A stretch of DNA of 64,000 nucleotides from a virus (IMGVR_UViG_2228664000_000024:12205-76204); one strand, 5' to 3'; shown: positions 1-11,115, counted from the stretch's first letter. The notes: generated by a model from the letters alone, not told the origin. Made by a program: numbers and translations.

Positions 1-3000
1 GCCAATTCAGCGTAGGTAGTACGCATACGAGTCTGGATCTTAGAACCATCAGTTTTACCAGAAGCCAGAGCTTTAACAGTAAAGTCCATCAGGTCTTTGG
101 CTTTTACCACACCGTCTTTGTGGCTCATCAGGAAGCGTTCTAACGCGTTTTTCTGTTGAGTTGACACAATGGCAGGTTCAGAGTCGCTTGCCGCTTCCTC
201 AACTGCCTGACGGCGTTGAGCAGCGTCCAGCTTCTCATTCGCACGAGCTTGCTTAGTAGTACCAGCAGTTAACTGGCTTGCCAGTGTAGTACCCAGGGTT
301 TCAGCTTCAGCTACAGCTGAATCACGCTGAGAACGCAGCTTCTCAATCTTCTTGTCGAGAGCCTTACGGTCGGCAGCAGTAACCTGATATTCACCACCTT
401 CGTAACCATACTGGTTTACGTACTCGATCCCTTTCAGGGTTTCGAGTTTGGCGATTTCACGGTTATACGCATCACCGACTACTCGGCCCAATACGACACT
501 CGGATTAACAGGATCTTTGAAGTTACGATTGATACCAACTTTGAAAGCCAGTTGACGCAGTGAAGCAGCTACGTTCGTCCAGTCGGACGGCGTTAAGTTC
601 TGTTCAGTAGCATTCTCGCTAATGCCACGGAAAGAACGGATCATTGCTTCAGTGTTTGCCAACTGTGAGTCATAACCGGTAACCGTATCCCACATTGCCT
701 TGTTCTGCGAGCGAGCACCTTCCACCATGTCTTTAATACCGAACAGGTTAGCATCATGGAAGTTCTGTGCAGGACGCTCCGAGATAACACGAGTAGAGAT
801 AGCAGCATCAGTACCCTGAACAATCAACGCAGACGTAGATACACCCGGAGCAGCTTTGTCTTTGACTTGAGCACCGGAGGTATATGACGTAAACGTGTTG
901 TTCTTCGTCTGGCTTAAGCCAGTGTTTGCAGGATTAGCAGCGTCAGCAAAGAAGCCTTTTACTTCGGTAGCCGGGTTATTGGCATCGAAGGAGGTATTTG
1001 CTTTAGCAGCTACGTAGCCAGATTCCAGTTTATTACTGGAGATGGATCCTGTAGCACTGGTGACAATAGCACTGGAGTTACGCAGTTGTTCGTTAAGTTT
1101 AGCTTTCACGTTAGAGGACAAGCCTTCAACAGCTACGCCATTAACGGAACCCACTTGACCATCACGAACAGCCTGTACCAGAGCATTGGCTTCCACACGA
1201 TCAGTCAGCACTTTGTTTACTTCATACGCAGCGTTGGTGATCGCAGTATTGGTATCACGAGTTTCAATGTACTGAGCAGCTACCTGCTCAATTGCAGCCT
1301 CGGATGCCTCACCACGAGTAGCCATTTCCACTTGCATGATTGCAGCAGTTACATCACGCGGCAGTTCATACGACAGAAGGCTTTCTGTTTTGCCAATGCC
1401 TTTAAATGCGGGAGTTTTAATCCCTAGCGATTGGCCTTGGCGCAGTACGATCTGAATAGCTTTATCCAGACGGTTACGCAGCATATCCCCAGTTTCTTTG
1501 TCTTGACTGTAGGCTTTCGCAACATCAGCGATATGCGAGTAAATGCCATCAATGGCGTCACGAGCACTTGCTCGCTTGAGCGAGTCTAAGCCAGAGCCAT
1601 AGTTAAATGGGGTTGCCAGTACCTTGGCTTTCTTACGAGAGCCGAAGCCAGGAGATAAGTAATCAATCGCACGACGGAAGGCTTCATTCTGAGTGGTCGC
1701 CTTACCAGCAGGACGTGGGTACATCTGGTTCCAGAATGTATTCTGTGCTGCACCCAATAACTGGTAATAGTCCTGACCGCCTTTCTCACGGTACTGTGGC
1801 ACGTTGGTTACACCAGCGTCAGCAGTGTAGAGGCCACCACGAGCGAGGAGGTCATAGTCGGCTGTACCATAGAGAACGTTAGTAAGGATCGGGCCGTTGG
1901 TCACACCATCTGATTCACCGCCAATGGCTACTCGTACATTATCAGCACCTGCTTCACGAGCCATGTATTCCAGTGCCAGTGCATGTAATGACTGGAAGGA
2001 TTGTGGCCCCATGCCGAACTCTGCAACCATATCTTTTACGGTAGCAATGTCTTTGGCGTTTGCATCTTCGTTGATTAAACGAGACATAGCCTGAACTGCT
2101 TCACGGACGCGTGGAGTATTCAGGTAGTCTTGCATACCTTGAAGATACGTAGCTCCGGTAACTTTATCCACGGTAGGCATATCGCCACCATTTGGAGTCT
2201 TGATCGGGGCTTCTTCCATACCCTGTGCAACAGTAAGCAGGTATTGACCATATTCAGTGATATTCCCGGAGGCATCCATAGGAGCCTGGTTTAAAGGAAT
2301 ATCAGTCTGGTGGGCTTCCATACCTACCATGATACGGTGGATCTTATTACCTTGTGGGTTGAGCATATTGCTTGCTACACCAACACGGTTGTTTGACCAC
2401 ACTGCCAATGGCATGTAGATAGCCTGAGTCTGCCCCAGTTCATCACGGCCTAAGCCAGAGATGAATTCATTGGCATTCTCAAGAGCACGCAGTACGTCAG
2501 CATTCTTCGCTTCCTGACCGATACGGTCACGGTCGTGCATGAACGGAGTTTCAGCCTGAGTACGTACACCCATCATGTGGTGAAGTGCAGCCTCATCCAT
2601 ACCGGCAATTTTAGTCATGGTGTTAACCACAGACTCATTGATACGGTATGGCTGTTGCTGTGCTTTAGTCAGACGTTCAGCCAGTTCAGAAGGAACCTGC
2701 TGACCGAAATCACCAACAGTATTCTGAATGAACTTACCTGGCTTAGAAGTCAGTGGGGCAACCTTAGCAGCGTCAAAGCTAAATAGCTTAGACATAATGC
2801 CTTTAGTGCCTTTGTTGGCTTCTGTAATACGACCGATCACATCAGCAGGTACAAGCTTACCGTTAACTTCTTTACGTGGTACACGCACGAAGTTGAAGGT
2901 CACACGGGACTTATTAACAGGCTGTCCACCCAGGAAGTCACGGGAGAACTCAGCCAGTTTAGTCTGTGCTGCATCAGGCTCTAAACCAGATACCAGAATG

Positions 3001-6000
3001 TCGGCGTACTCACGGGCAGACATGGTGGTCTGTTCCAGATAGCCACGCTTCATCATGGTATGGAGAGCGTACATACCCAGAGCCTGCTGCATACGACCAG
3101 CACGGTTTGGATCCACATCTGGCAGGACTTTGAAGCCCAGCATCTGATATGCACGTTGACCCAGTGACTGTACTACAGCACGCTGGCTTGAACCGATTTC
3201 AGAGTAACGGTTAACCAGTTCGGTAGACACTTCGGATGAGTCAATATGGAACAGTGATGCCAGATCGTCACGAGTAGCGATCAGGTTATTACCATTCTCT
3301 GCAAGCCAGGAGAACATAGAGGCAGTCATTGCCGTCTTAGTGTTTTCGTCCAGTTGACCGTTTTCATTAACCAGATACTGAACAAAATCCTGATAACGGA
3401 AGTTAGCCAGGTCATTACCAGTTTTAGTTTTACCTTGTTTAACTTTGATAGCTGCATCAATATCACCAGCTACTTTGTTATGGAACTGGGTAAACATACC
3501 GATAAAGTTTTTCTGGGCAGCATCCATAGGAGTTGCCAGATAGCGGTTTACTTCAGTGAAGCGACCAGACCAATCAGCTTTTGAGATAACCCCGGACATA
3601 AAGTCAGGCACTGTAACCAGTGGGTTAACAAAGCCCTCCCGTACTTTCTGGATGAAACCAGTGAGTACAAGGTTTTGCTGTTCAAAAGGTTTGGCGAGTT
3701 CTTCAGTTCGTGCAGTCTCAAGGGATTTACCTTCAGGACGAAGCACAGAAACAGAGCCTTCAGCTTTGGTGTTTTCATCAGATTTAACCGCAGTAGTTTG
3801 ATCGGATACAACGTTAGCATCAGTCTCAGTAGTGCTTACCGGAGCAGGATCGACTTCATTGGTAGTAGCCAGATTTGGCTGTTCCTGTTGAGTCTGGGTT
3901 TCTGCGGGTGCAATACGTTCCTGCTGCTTAGCAGTACGGGTTTTCAGATCGTCAGAAGTACGACGGTTAGGACGGTCGATATTCTTCTGTTTCTGTTCAG
4001 TCGCTCCTGACTCCACTGCTGCCGGTTCCGGCTGCGCCTGCACCGTTGCAGTTGCATCAGTCGCTGGTGTAGTGGTTGGGGCAGGGGAGGACGGCTGCGT
4101 AGCGTTAGCGGTAGCAGTCGGACGAGCCTGACTCATTGCATCGAGTGCGCGAGAGGTTGCCTGAATAGCTTCTGCTTCCTGTTGGATACGGGAAACCAGG
4201 CCACCAGACTTAGCGTGGATATCCAGAGCACCATTCAGAGTTTTGGCTTTACCTTTCAGCTTCGCACCTGGGTTAATTACCCATTGGTTACCCTGACGGA
4301 TGATCTGACCATACTGTTGGTTATCCATCATCTGCTGAGCCAATGCAGCTTTCTGAGTATGAGACTGTTCAAAGCGAGCCAGTGAATCATGCAGGTTTGC
4401 TGCCAGGGTAGTGTTACCACTACGGATAGCATCAGCATACTGAGAGGTATAGTCACCCAGAGAACGGTAACCCTTACCACCCTGCATAATATCCTGGTTT
4501 ACAGTGAGATCAGATTTGAGGTTGTTTTGAGCAACTCGTGCATCAGCCAGAGCGCGTATAGCATCCCGTTGAGTCTCACTAAAACGGTTAGTTGTGTCAT
4601 CAGCCAGAGTTCTCAGTTGTTCCGGGGTGTACTGCATCGGATGAGTTACAACGTGATCAGCAGCAGTGTCTACCTGTTCCTGAGTAGCATCAGGATTAGT
4701 AGCAGTCTCTACTTGCTTTTCTACTTCGGATGGTGAGACTTTCTCACGAATACCAGCAGCAGTTTCAAACTGGCTGTAAGCATTACGGATACGCTCAGCA
4801 TTCTGAGTAGCAGCCTGATAACGTTCAACCAGAGAGTTCTGTTGTTCCTCGTTATAAGCACGAGAATCAATATCAGCGATACGCTGAGTGAACTGATCCA
4901 CAATAGCCTGTTTCTGTGGGCTATCTGGATACTGATCCAGTTCTGCAAGTTTCTCAGTCAATGCAGCACGCATTGCGTTGTCTTGCTGGATCTGCCCAAT
5001 TTCTTCACGTACTGAAGCCAGTTCAGCTTCTGCGTTATCACGTACTGTCTGAGCACGGTTAACAGCTTCGGCTTTAACTTCAGGCGTAGCATTGGCATCA
5101 GCCACTACATTGAGTTGCTGACGGATAGCGGCCTGTGGGTTGTAATCCACATGCTCAGGGTTAGTCAGATCCTCAAATGGCTTAGCAGCATCTTCAGCAG
5201 CTTTACGAGCTTCCGCAGCTTGTGGGTTAGCAGCTTCTGCACGTTCACGAGTAGCAGTACGAGCAGCATCAACACTACGTGCTACACCAGCACCGATGGT
5301 AGATGGGCCAGTCATTACGCCAGCAGACAGAGCACCAAGCACACCAGCATTGATATTACCCTCGGTATCCCAACGGTTATCACCGAGAAGGTTACGAGTT
5401 TCAATCTGGTTTTGAGCAGCTTCTGTCAGGCCATTGATAGCCATAGTGGTAGCAAGCTCACGTACAGGCTCTGCACCAAGAATGGACTTTGCTGCATTAG
5501 CAAGGCGAGATACGCCAGACCCAGCGATAGCCCTGGAAGCCGCTTGTCCGATGGCAGAGTCAGCCAGTGCTTCACCACCACGACGAAGTGGAGCAGTGAT
5601 AGCAAGGTTAGAAAGACCAGAAAGAGCGCGAGCATTGACGACGTTCTCCACAAAGTTCAAGCCAGAGTGCAAAGCATTCCACTGGCTAACATCGGCAATC
5701 TGTTCGTCAGTAGGTAACTGACCATCAGCTTGACCACGGATACCATCAATCTGGTTTTGTACTGCCTGACCTGCTGTACCCGCACCGATACCAATCGGGC
5801 CAAGTGCATAAGGCAGAGATTCAGCAGCAGACTGAACGACGAGAGAAGGATTCTGTAAGTATTCACCTACAGTGTTGAGGATCGCACCTGGGATAGAGAG
5901 GTTTTTATTTTCTTCTTCCAGTTGCTGAGCCAGACGCTGTGACTGTTCACGGTTAACCCAAGCATCGGTTCCCCATTCATTATCAACACCCTGGTTTGGA

Positions 6001-6779
6001 TTACCCAGTGATTTGCTGGCAGTGTCCAGAGCAGACTGCGCACGTTGCAGACGCTGGCGAACATTCTCACCACCACGTTGCTGAACAGGCATACCAGGGT
6101 ACTGAGGGATATAAATCTCAGTGTTAGAGAATTCATCAGCAGGACGATCCAGAAGCTGAGCATCGCCAGGGTATGCAGTCTGCTGACGTGCTACCTGGTC
6201 TACAGCCTGGATACGTTCGGCATTAGCACCCGGAGTACCGTTAAGAATATCCTGAGCCACCAGAGCATTACGTGCCACAGTGCTACGCTGTTCTGCCTGG
6301 TTCTGGACTTGCTCACGGTTGAAAGCCAGACGTTCAGCATCAGTAGTTCCATACAGTGCAGAGTTGGCATTGTCCAGATTGCCTTTGTTGGCAAGCTGTA
6401 AAGCAATACGAGCCAGAGAACTACCAAAACCACCGATAGCATTACTAACCTGAGCACCAGCTTTAACCAAAGCAGAGCCAGATTCTAAATCAGTAGTTGG
6501 GGTAAATTTCTGGAGGTCTTCAGCCATAGCTGATTGAACTTGTTCACGTCCTTTCGCCATATTGTCGAAACGTGCAATTTCGCCCGCTAAAGTAGGGAAC
6601 TGACCTTTCGCAGCGAAATCAGAAGTGATTCGCTGTGTAGCGTCGGCAACCTGGAGATCTTTAGTAGAAACAGGCTGCACAGGAGCAGCCTGGGGGACAG
6701 AAATAGCCGGGGTAGGATTAGTGAACTCGCCGTTGCTTAAAGCATTTAAAGCCTGGGTCAACAGAGAGTCGCGGGCCAT
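1..6779 (-). CDS. Giant virion-encapsidated RNA polymerase (N4 vRNAP-like), partial; C-terminus lies beyond the window start
   Basis: ATG at 6779 (reverse strand). By my manual translation the frame stays open to nt 1. T7-family motif B R-x3-K-x7-YG (GSRKKAKVLATPFNYGSGLD, about nt 1570-1640), a putative motif A (AIGGESDGVTNGPI) and a T/DxxGR-like SGLGRDE lie upstream of it. Position at the downstream end of the structural operon as in N4 gene 50. Confidence 0.75.
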   Translation of the reverse strand, partial: MARDSLLTQALNALSNGEFTNPTPAISVPQAAPVQPVSTKDLQVADATQRITSDFAAKGQFPTLAGEIARFDNMAKGREQVQSAMAEDLQKFTPTTDLESGSALVKAGAQVSNAIGGFGSSLARIALQLANKGNLDNANSALYGTTDAERLAFNREQVQNQAEQRSTVARNALVAQDILNGTPGANAERIQAVDQVARQQTAYPGDAQLLDRPADEFSNTEIYIPQYPGMPVQQRGGENVRQRLQRAQSALDTASKSLGNPNQGVDNEWGTDAWVNREQSQRLAQQLEEENKNLSIPGAILNTVGEYLQNPSLVVQSAAESLPYALGPIGIGAGTAGQAVQNQIDGIRGQADGQLPTDEQIADVSQWNALHSGLNFVENVVNARALSGLSNLAITAPLRRGGEALADSAIGQAASRAIAGSGVSRLANAAKSILGAEPVRELATTMAINGLTEAAQNQIETRNLLGDNRWDTEGNINAGVLGALSAGVMTGPSTIGAGVARSVDAARTATRERAEAANPQAAEARKAAEDAAKPFEDLTNPEHVDYNPQAAIRQQLNVVADANATPEVKAEAVNRAQTVRDNAEAELASVREEIGQIQQDNAMRAALTEKLAELDQYPDSPQKQAIVDQFTQRIADIDSRAYNEEQQNSLVERYQAATQNAERIRNAYSQFETAAGIREKVSPSEVEKQVETATNPDATQEQVDTAADHVVTHPMQYTPEQLRTLADDTTNRFSETQRDAIRALADARVAQNNLKSDLTVNQDIMQGGKGYRSLGDYTSQYADAIRSGNTTLAANLHDSLARFEQSHTQKAALAQQMMDNQQYGQIIRQGNQWVINPGAKLKGKAKTLNGALDIHAKSGGLVSRIQQEAEAIQATSRALDAMSQARPTATANATQPSSPAPTTTPATDATATVQAQPEPAAVESGATEQKQKNIDRPNRRTSDDLKTRTAKQQERIAPAETQTQQEQPNLATTNEVDPAPVSTTETDANVVSDQTTAVKSDENTKAEGSVSVLRPEGKSLETARTEELAKPFEQQNLVLTGFIQKVREGFVNPLVTVPDFMSGVISKADWSGRFTEVNRYLATPMDAAQKNFIGMFTQFHNKVAGDIDAAIKVKQGKTKTGNDLANFRYQDFVQYLVNENGQLDENTKTAMTASMFSWLAENGNNLIATRDDLASLFHIDSSEVSTELVNRYSEIGSSQRAVVQSLGQRAYQMLGFKVLPDVDPNRAGRMQQALGMYALHTMMKRGYLEQTTMSAREYADILVSGLEPDAAQTKLAEFSRDFLGGQPVNKSRVTFNFVRVPRKEVNGKLVPADVIGRITEANKGTKGIMSKLFSFDAAKVAPLTSKPGKFIQNTVGDFGQQVPSELAERLTKAQQQPYRINESVVNTMTKIAGMDEAALHHMMGVRTQAETPFMHDRDRIGQEAKNADVLRALENANEFISGLGRDELGQTQAIYMPLAVWSNNRVGVASNMLNPQGNKIHRIMVGMEAHQTDIPLNQAPMDASGNITEYGQYLLTVAQGMEEAPIKTPNGGDMPTVDKVTGATYLQGMQDYLNTPRVREAVQAMSRLINEDANAKDIATVKDMVAEFGMGPQSFQSLHALALEYMAREAGADNVRVAIGGESDGVTNGPILTNVLYGTADYDLLARGGLYTADAGVTNVPQYREKGGQDYYQLLGAAQNTFWNQMYPRPAGKATTQNEAFRRAIDYLSPGFGSRKKAKVLATPFNYGSGLDSLKRASARDAIDGIYSHIADVAKAYSQDKETGDMLRNRLDKAIQIVLRQGQSLGIKTPAFKGIGKTESLLSYELPRDVTAAIMQVEMATRGEASEAAIEQVAAQYIETRDTNTAITNAAYEVNKVLTDRVEANALVQAVRDGQVGSVNGVAVEGLSSNVKAKLNEQLRNSSAIVTSATGSISSNKLESGYVAAKANTSFDANNPATEVKGFFADAANPANTGLSQTKNNTFTSYTSGAQVKDKAAPGVSTSALIVQGTDAAISTRVISERPAQNFHDANLFGIKDMVEGARSQNKAMWDTVTGYDSQLANTEAMIRSFRGISENATEQNLTPSDWTNVAASLRQLAFKVGINRNFKDPVNPSVVLGRVVGDAYNREIAKLETLKGIEYVNQYGYEGGEYQVTAADRKALDKKIEKLRSQRDSAVAEAETLGTTLASQLTAGTTKQARANEKLDAAQRRQAVEEAASDSEPAIVSTQQKNALERFLMSHKDGVVKAKDLMDFTVKALASGKTDGSKIQTRMRTTYAEL

Positions 6780-6781
6780 TT

Positions 6782-7915
6782 TTATTCCTCGTCATCAAGA
6801 TTAAGTAACTGTAAGGCCAGTGGGTTCACAGAACCATTGCCTCCCAATGCACTTAATAATACTTGCTGACGAGCGAGTTGAGTAGCTCTTTTGTTAGAGA
6901 TACGAGCCTGAGTATTTTGCAACTGTGACTGTTGGGCTTTCTGAAGCTGGTCAATAGCTTGTTTACCCCAATCCAGTGCAGCCTTATCAGGTGAGCCATC
7001 GGCACTGTCAAATGCCCGGTTCATACCTTCCAACAGGTTAACTTGCTGTGCTGGAGTCAGTGTACCTTCAGGGTCAAGCTGACCTACCAGTTTTTGTAGC
7101 TTCGTACCACGTTCCGGGTTAAACCAGTACCAAGGATTATTTTCCTCATTGATACGAGCAACAGTAGCATCTGGGTTAGCCTTCGGGTTGTTGAGAGGAT
7201 TACTCTTCTCAGCCTCAGCAGCACGCTTGTTACGTTCCTCTACGGCAGCAGCTACAGAGTCCTGTTCTGCTGTAGCATTGATACCAGTGATGGTTTTAAG
7301 CAGGTTCTGCATCTGCTTATTACCATTGGTTACTGCCGCAGCACGATCCCTTGCAGCTTGTTGACGTAAGGCCAAACCAGCCTGTTGAATACCCAGTTGC
7401 TTTTGCTGAATGCCACGATTGAACTGTTCATCAGCACGATTAGCACCAAACATCACTGCTTTGGACGCATCACCTTGCACCTGGCTTAACAGGTTGTTAG
7501 CCCCGGCTGTGTCACCTGAAGCATACAGACTCATAGCCTGATTAATCAGGGGTTGGTCATGTTGCTGTTGGGTAAACTCAGTCAGGGCATTCTGGCCTCG
7601 TTGACGGTTAATGAGGGTGTCAGGCATCGTCAGTTGTGCTCGTTGCACCGCCTCATTGTTAATGTCACCACCAGCAGCCTGTAACAGTGCATTGGCAGTT
7701 TGCTGACGTTGGGCCAGGTCATTTAAGTCCGTAGCCCCCGTCAGAGTATTAACAACATTGGCAGTGTTACGATCCACAACTGCATTACGGTAGCCCGTAA
7801 AGGCATCAGTCAAACCGCCAGCACCTTGCAGAATCATCTGCTGGGCTGCACGTAGCAACTGGTTAGAGTCGCCAAAATTAACTGGTGCTAACTGCTGTGG
7901 ACGAATAGTAGCCAT
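6782..7915 (-). CDS. Virion structural protein, Q/N/A-rich (N4 gp51-like position)
   Basis: 377-aa ORF; translationally coupled to neighbours in the late operon. Confidence 0.4.
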   Translation of the reverse strand: MATIRPQQLAPVNFGDSNQLLRAAQQMILQGAGGLTDAFTGYRNAVVDRNTANVVNTLTGATDLNDLAQRQQTANALLQAAGGDINNEAVQRAQLTMPDTLINRQRGQNALTEFTQQQHDQPLINQAMSLYASGDTAGANNLLSQVQGDASKAVMFGANRADEQFNRGIQQKQLGIQQAGLALRQQAARDRAAAVTNGNKQMQNLLKTITGINATAEQDSVAAAVEERNKRAAEAEKSNPLNNPKANPDATVARINEENNPWYWFNPERGTKLQKLVGQLDPEGTLTPAQQVNLLEGMNRAFDSADGSPDKAALDWGKQAIDQLQKAQQSQLQNTQARISNKRATQLARQQVLLSALGGNGSVNPLALQLLNLDDEE

Positions 7916-8337
7916 TAGCTGATCCCGTATTTCTTCATGTAAGAGTCAACAGACTCGTAAGCATTAGGGTTAGAAGCCACACGAGCTTTCTGGCGATCTT
8001 CCAGAGCAGCGTTAGTAGACTTCACGTTTGCACCCCACTGTTTATCCCAGTTCTTCTGCGCCTGACGAGCCTGGTCTTTAGCCAGCCCCAGGTTCTGGAA
8101 ACCGAGATAACCGGACAGCAGGCCATTAGCCGCACCCAAACCCAGTTGACCAAGCTGAAGCCCGGAAATACCGCCCAGGGAATCAGCCAGACTACCCGTG
8201 TTAAAGGTATTAGCAGGTGCTCCGGTGAGGATACTGGAGCCTGTCATACCCGGCGTTGGCGGTACAATGCCAGTAGTCTGAGTAGCATCATTGCTGCTAA
8301 ACAGATTACTAAGCCAGGAAGTTAAGTTGTCACCCAT
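7915..8337 (-). CDS. Small Gly/Ser-rich virion protein
   Basis: 140-aa ORF; stop/start overlap with the downstream gene. Confidence 0.35.
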   Translation of the reverse strand: MGDNLTSWLSNLFSSNDATQTTGIVPPTPGMTGSSILTGAPANTFNTGSLADSLGGISGLQLGQLGLGAANGLLSGYLGFQNLGLAKDQARQAQKNWDKQWGANVKSTNAALEDRQKARVASNPNAYESVDSYMKKYGIS

Positions 8338-8346
8338 TGTGACCTC

Positions 8347-11073
8347 CTATAAGTTGTCATCGAGTATGTTGTTAAGCTCGAATGGTTTCTCAATATTCTG
8401 CTGGATCTGGTTCAAAATTGATACATTAGAAGGCAATGCAAATGACTGAGTGAAGTACATCTCAGGCAAATTCAATGCTTCAATGCCAATGTTGGTATTC
8501 AGTGTCCGGGCATAATATTCCTCTGGGGTTTCCCCTAAGTACGAGTAACCCTGGACTGCTTTAAAGAATACGCCATCTTCAATGGTGTTAGGTGGATTTT
8601 CCAGTTCCTTCTGAGCACGTTCCAGTTCCTCCTGCTTCTGAGCAATCTCATCTTCGAGGTTCGCAATTTTACGTAGCTCCTTCTCGATCATACCTTGTTG
8701 GGCAGATTGTGCAGCTTTAAATGCAACATTGCTTACCTGCATCATTTGCTGTGCCGTGATACTGAATGGCCCGGTAGTACCAGAGAAGTACAGGTAACCA
8801 GTGTAGATAGCAACAGCCACAGCAACAATGGCAGCAACGATAGCGAACACACCACCCAATTTACTGAATACGTGCTTACTCAATAGTGAGAATGCCACGT
8901 ATGCACCGATAGCTGTAGCAGCAGCTGTGATAGCTCCAATCAATGTCAGCGATGCACCACCAGTCCACCAGGACAGAGCAACCGAAATTACAACAACTAC
9001 AGCTTTAAAGATCCCGGTCTGATACCACTTAGTCTTAACAGTGTACTCAGTACCAATAAGGATGTGAGTAGCCCGTGCAAACAGAGTTTCTCGGTCATGC
9101 GCAGAGAACATCTTGCGGAAAGCATAATCCAGAGGAACCATTAAGTTCTCATTATCCCCACCTTTACTGATGTTCTTACCACCTACCTTGAAACGCCCAT
9201 TGAGGTTGTATGCACGGACTTCCTCATACTGGGTTGACGAAGTTTGAATACGGTAGAAATGGTAACTAACATTCTGGTTTACGTAGGTTGTAGAGGTAGA
9301 TCCATCACTGTTAGTTACAGTAGTTCCCACTTTACGTTGGCCTGTGCCACGACCTGATGCGGTGAACCCCACCGGGCCAATGACACCTGTAATTTTACGG
9401 TAGCCTATAGCATCCAGAGAGTTTCCAATTTCACTGGCTACATCAGCAGTTGTCATAGTACAACCCTGGTGTGCAGCCCACGTCGTGTACTCATCAGATG
9501 GTTGAGCAGGGTCAAATACAATAGGACTACGCATCCCATATAGGATGCGGAAATACTGGAAGAGGTATTCCTGTTCCAGGGTATTTGTCGTATTGGCAGG
9601 AACACACTGAACCATCAATACAGAACGAATTTTGCTGAGTGAACTCAAGCTGTTATAAATCTGATCTGTAATTTCAAGCCAGGGTAAATCAAGTTTATTA
9701 CCCAGCTTAATGGAATCCTTATATGGCTTCTTCCCAACAAAATTACCCGTGTCCAAACGGTCACCGTTAAGACGGAAATACATTCGAGGATACCCCTTAC
9801 CAAAATCAGCTACCGGGGTACTGGTAATACCATCCAGAGATGGATAAGAACCAGAGCCATATTGGTAAGTGAAGTAGTTAATGGCTAGACCACCACTTGA
9901 AGTAGGATAGGTAAAGCAAACCTGGAAATAGTCTTCATCTGAACCCACTGATTCACCAGAAGGATCCAATGGTGCATTAGGGTCAACGTTACCCATATCG
10001 TCATCATCCAGTACGGTATCAGTATCGACATTCTGATCTGGAATGAAGTCATATTGACCAAAGCTCATTTGGATTCTGGCAATGATATCAACGGTCACAG
10101 TACGGGTAGTAATAGCCCGGCTAACCGTAGTGGTTACCTCAGTGATAACACCAGTGGTTGGATCCGTTGTAGAGGTTGTAGTTGGTGGGTCACTTTCATT
10201 AGTGGTGTTAGTACCTGTTTGAGTTTCAGTCTGGCTGATAACCCCAGTAGTAGGTAAAGTCTGCCCGTTCCAGTCAGTTGTATTACTGGTTTGGTCGGAT
10301 GAGGTTGTAGTGGTTGTCTCATCATAGCCACCTGAACCATTAGGCGTCTTAACCTTAGTATCTACCTTAGTGGTGGTCACTGTGGTAATACGCTTTACCC
10401 CCAGGAAACGGGTAGCATACTGAACGTCTACATAGTTGGAATCAGTAGTGCTTGTACCATCAAGAGTATCTGCACGGGTATAGTCAGCATTACGCGTAGG
10501 CGTAGCTCCACCTGTAGGTGGGTAGCCCCAGTGCTGTAAAACATAAGGATCTGCATCAGTCACTGTCTTAGTAGTGAGCATATTCTTGGCATCATGCAGA
10601 TAAGCATCAGCACCCAATGTTGCTCTTAAACCAGTGAGTTTATTATCAGTGGCTGTATACCCATAGTTAGAGATGAGCAATTGCCACATGGCATGGCGCA
10701 TATTGATTGGCCCGAACTTACTGTATATGTAAGACAAGTCATTACGCCCGGTAAGTGAAACCAGAACATCGTTAAGGGAACCAGAATCAGTAAAATCTGT
10801 CTGTGCTACCACAGTGGACTTACCCACACCGTAGTAATACTTATCTGGCTTCGATGCCCAGCGGTAAGCTGCATTCCACTTAACAGCGTTACTCTTCCAG
10901 CCATACTGGATCATGAGGTCAGCCAGTGGGGTAGTATTCTCTTCGTCAAGGACGTAAGTAGTAATAGCCTGTCCAATTACGTCTGGCAGATATTCATCTT
11001 CTATAAGACGTGAATACGAGAAGTCTCGGTACGTCTTCTTCTTGCTGCCAAATAAACCCATAGGATTCTCCAA
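8347..11073 (-). CDS. Large internal virion protein with a transmembrane helix bundle and C-terminal coiled coil
   Basis: 908-aa ORF. Central about 90-aa hydrophobic stretch (GIFKAVVVVISVALSWW...IVAAIVAVAVAIYTGYLYF). Thr-rich low-complexity region. Coiled-coil C-terminus. Confidence 0.5.
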   Translation of the reverse strand: MENPMGLFGSKKKTYRDFSYSRLIEDEYLPDVIGQAITTYVLDEENTTPLADLMIQYGWKSNAVKWNAAYRWASKPDKYYYGVGKSTVVAQTDFTDSGSLNDVLVSLTGRNDLSYIYSKFGPINMRHAMWQLLISNYGYTATDNKLTGLRATLGADAYLHDAKNMLTTKTVTDADPYVLQHWGYPPTGGATPTRNADYTRADTLDGTSTTDSNYVDVQYATRFLGVKRITTVTTTKVDTKVKTPNGSGGYDETTTTTSSDQTSNTTDWNGQTLPTTGVISQTETQTGTNTTNESDPPTTTSTTDPTTGVITEVTTTVSRAITTRTVTVDIIARIQMSFGQYDFIPDQNVDTDTVLDDDDMGNVDPNAPLDPSGESVGSDEDYFQVCFTYPTSSGGLAINYFTYQYGSGSYPSLDGITSTPVADFGKGYPRMYFRLNGDRLDTGNFVGKKPYKDSIKLGNKLDLPWLEITDQIYNSLSSLSKIRSVLMVQCVPANTTNTLEQEYLFQYFRILYGMRSPIVFDPAQPSDEYTTWAAHQGCTMTTADVASEIGNSLDAIGYRKITGVIGPVGFTASGRGTGQRKVGTTVTNSDGSTSTTYVNQNVSYHFYRIQTSSTQYEEVRAYNLNGRFKVGGKNISKGGDNENLMVPLDYAFRKMFSAHDRETLFARATHILIGTEYTVKTKWYQTGIFKAVVVVISVALSWWTGGASLTLIGAITAAATAIGAYVAFSLLSKHVFSKLGGVFAIVAAIVAVAVAIYTGYLYFSGTTGPFSITAQQMMQVSNVAFKAAQSAQQGMIEKELRKIANLEDEIAQKQEELERAQKELENPPNTIEDGVFFKAVQGYSYLGETPEEYYARTLNTNIGIEALNLPEMYFTQSFALPSNVSILNQIQQNIEKPFELNNILDDNL

Positions 11074-11074
11074 A

Positions 11075-11096
11075 TAAAAAGGGAGCCGAAGCTCCC
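11075..11096 (-). terminator. Intrinsic terminator (GGGAGC-cgaa-GCTCCC plus U-tract on minus strand)
   Basis: Hairpin 11081-11096 with A-run 11075-11080 on plus strand. Confidence 0.65.
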
Positions 11097-11115
11097 TTTA
11101 TGATACTCAACTTTC

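Noticed and set aside
5115-5721. 200-aa and 95-aa plus-strand ORFs inside the first 6.8 kb
   Set aside because: They are antisense to the continuous minus-strand vRNAP reading frame and are Ser/Thr/Cys-rich junk translation.
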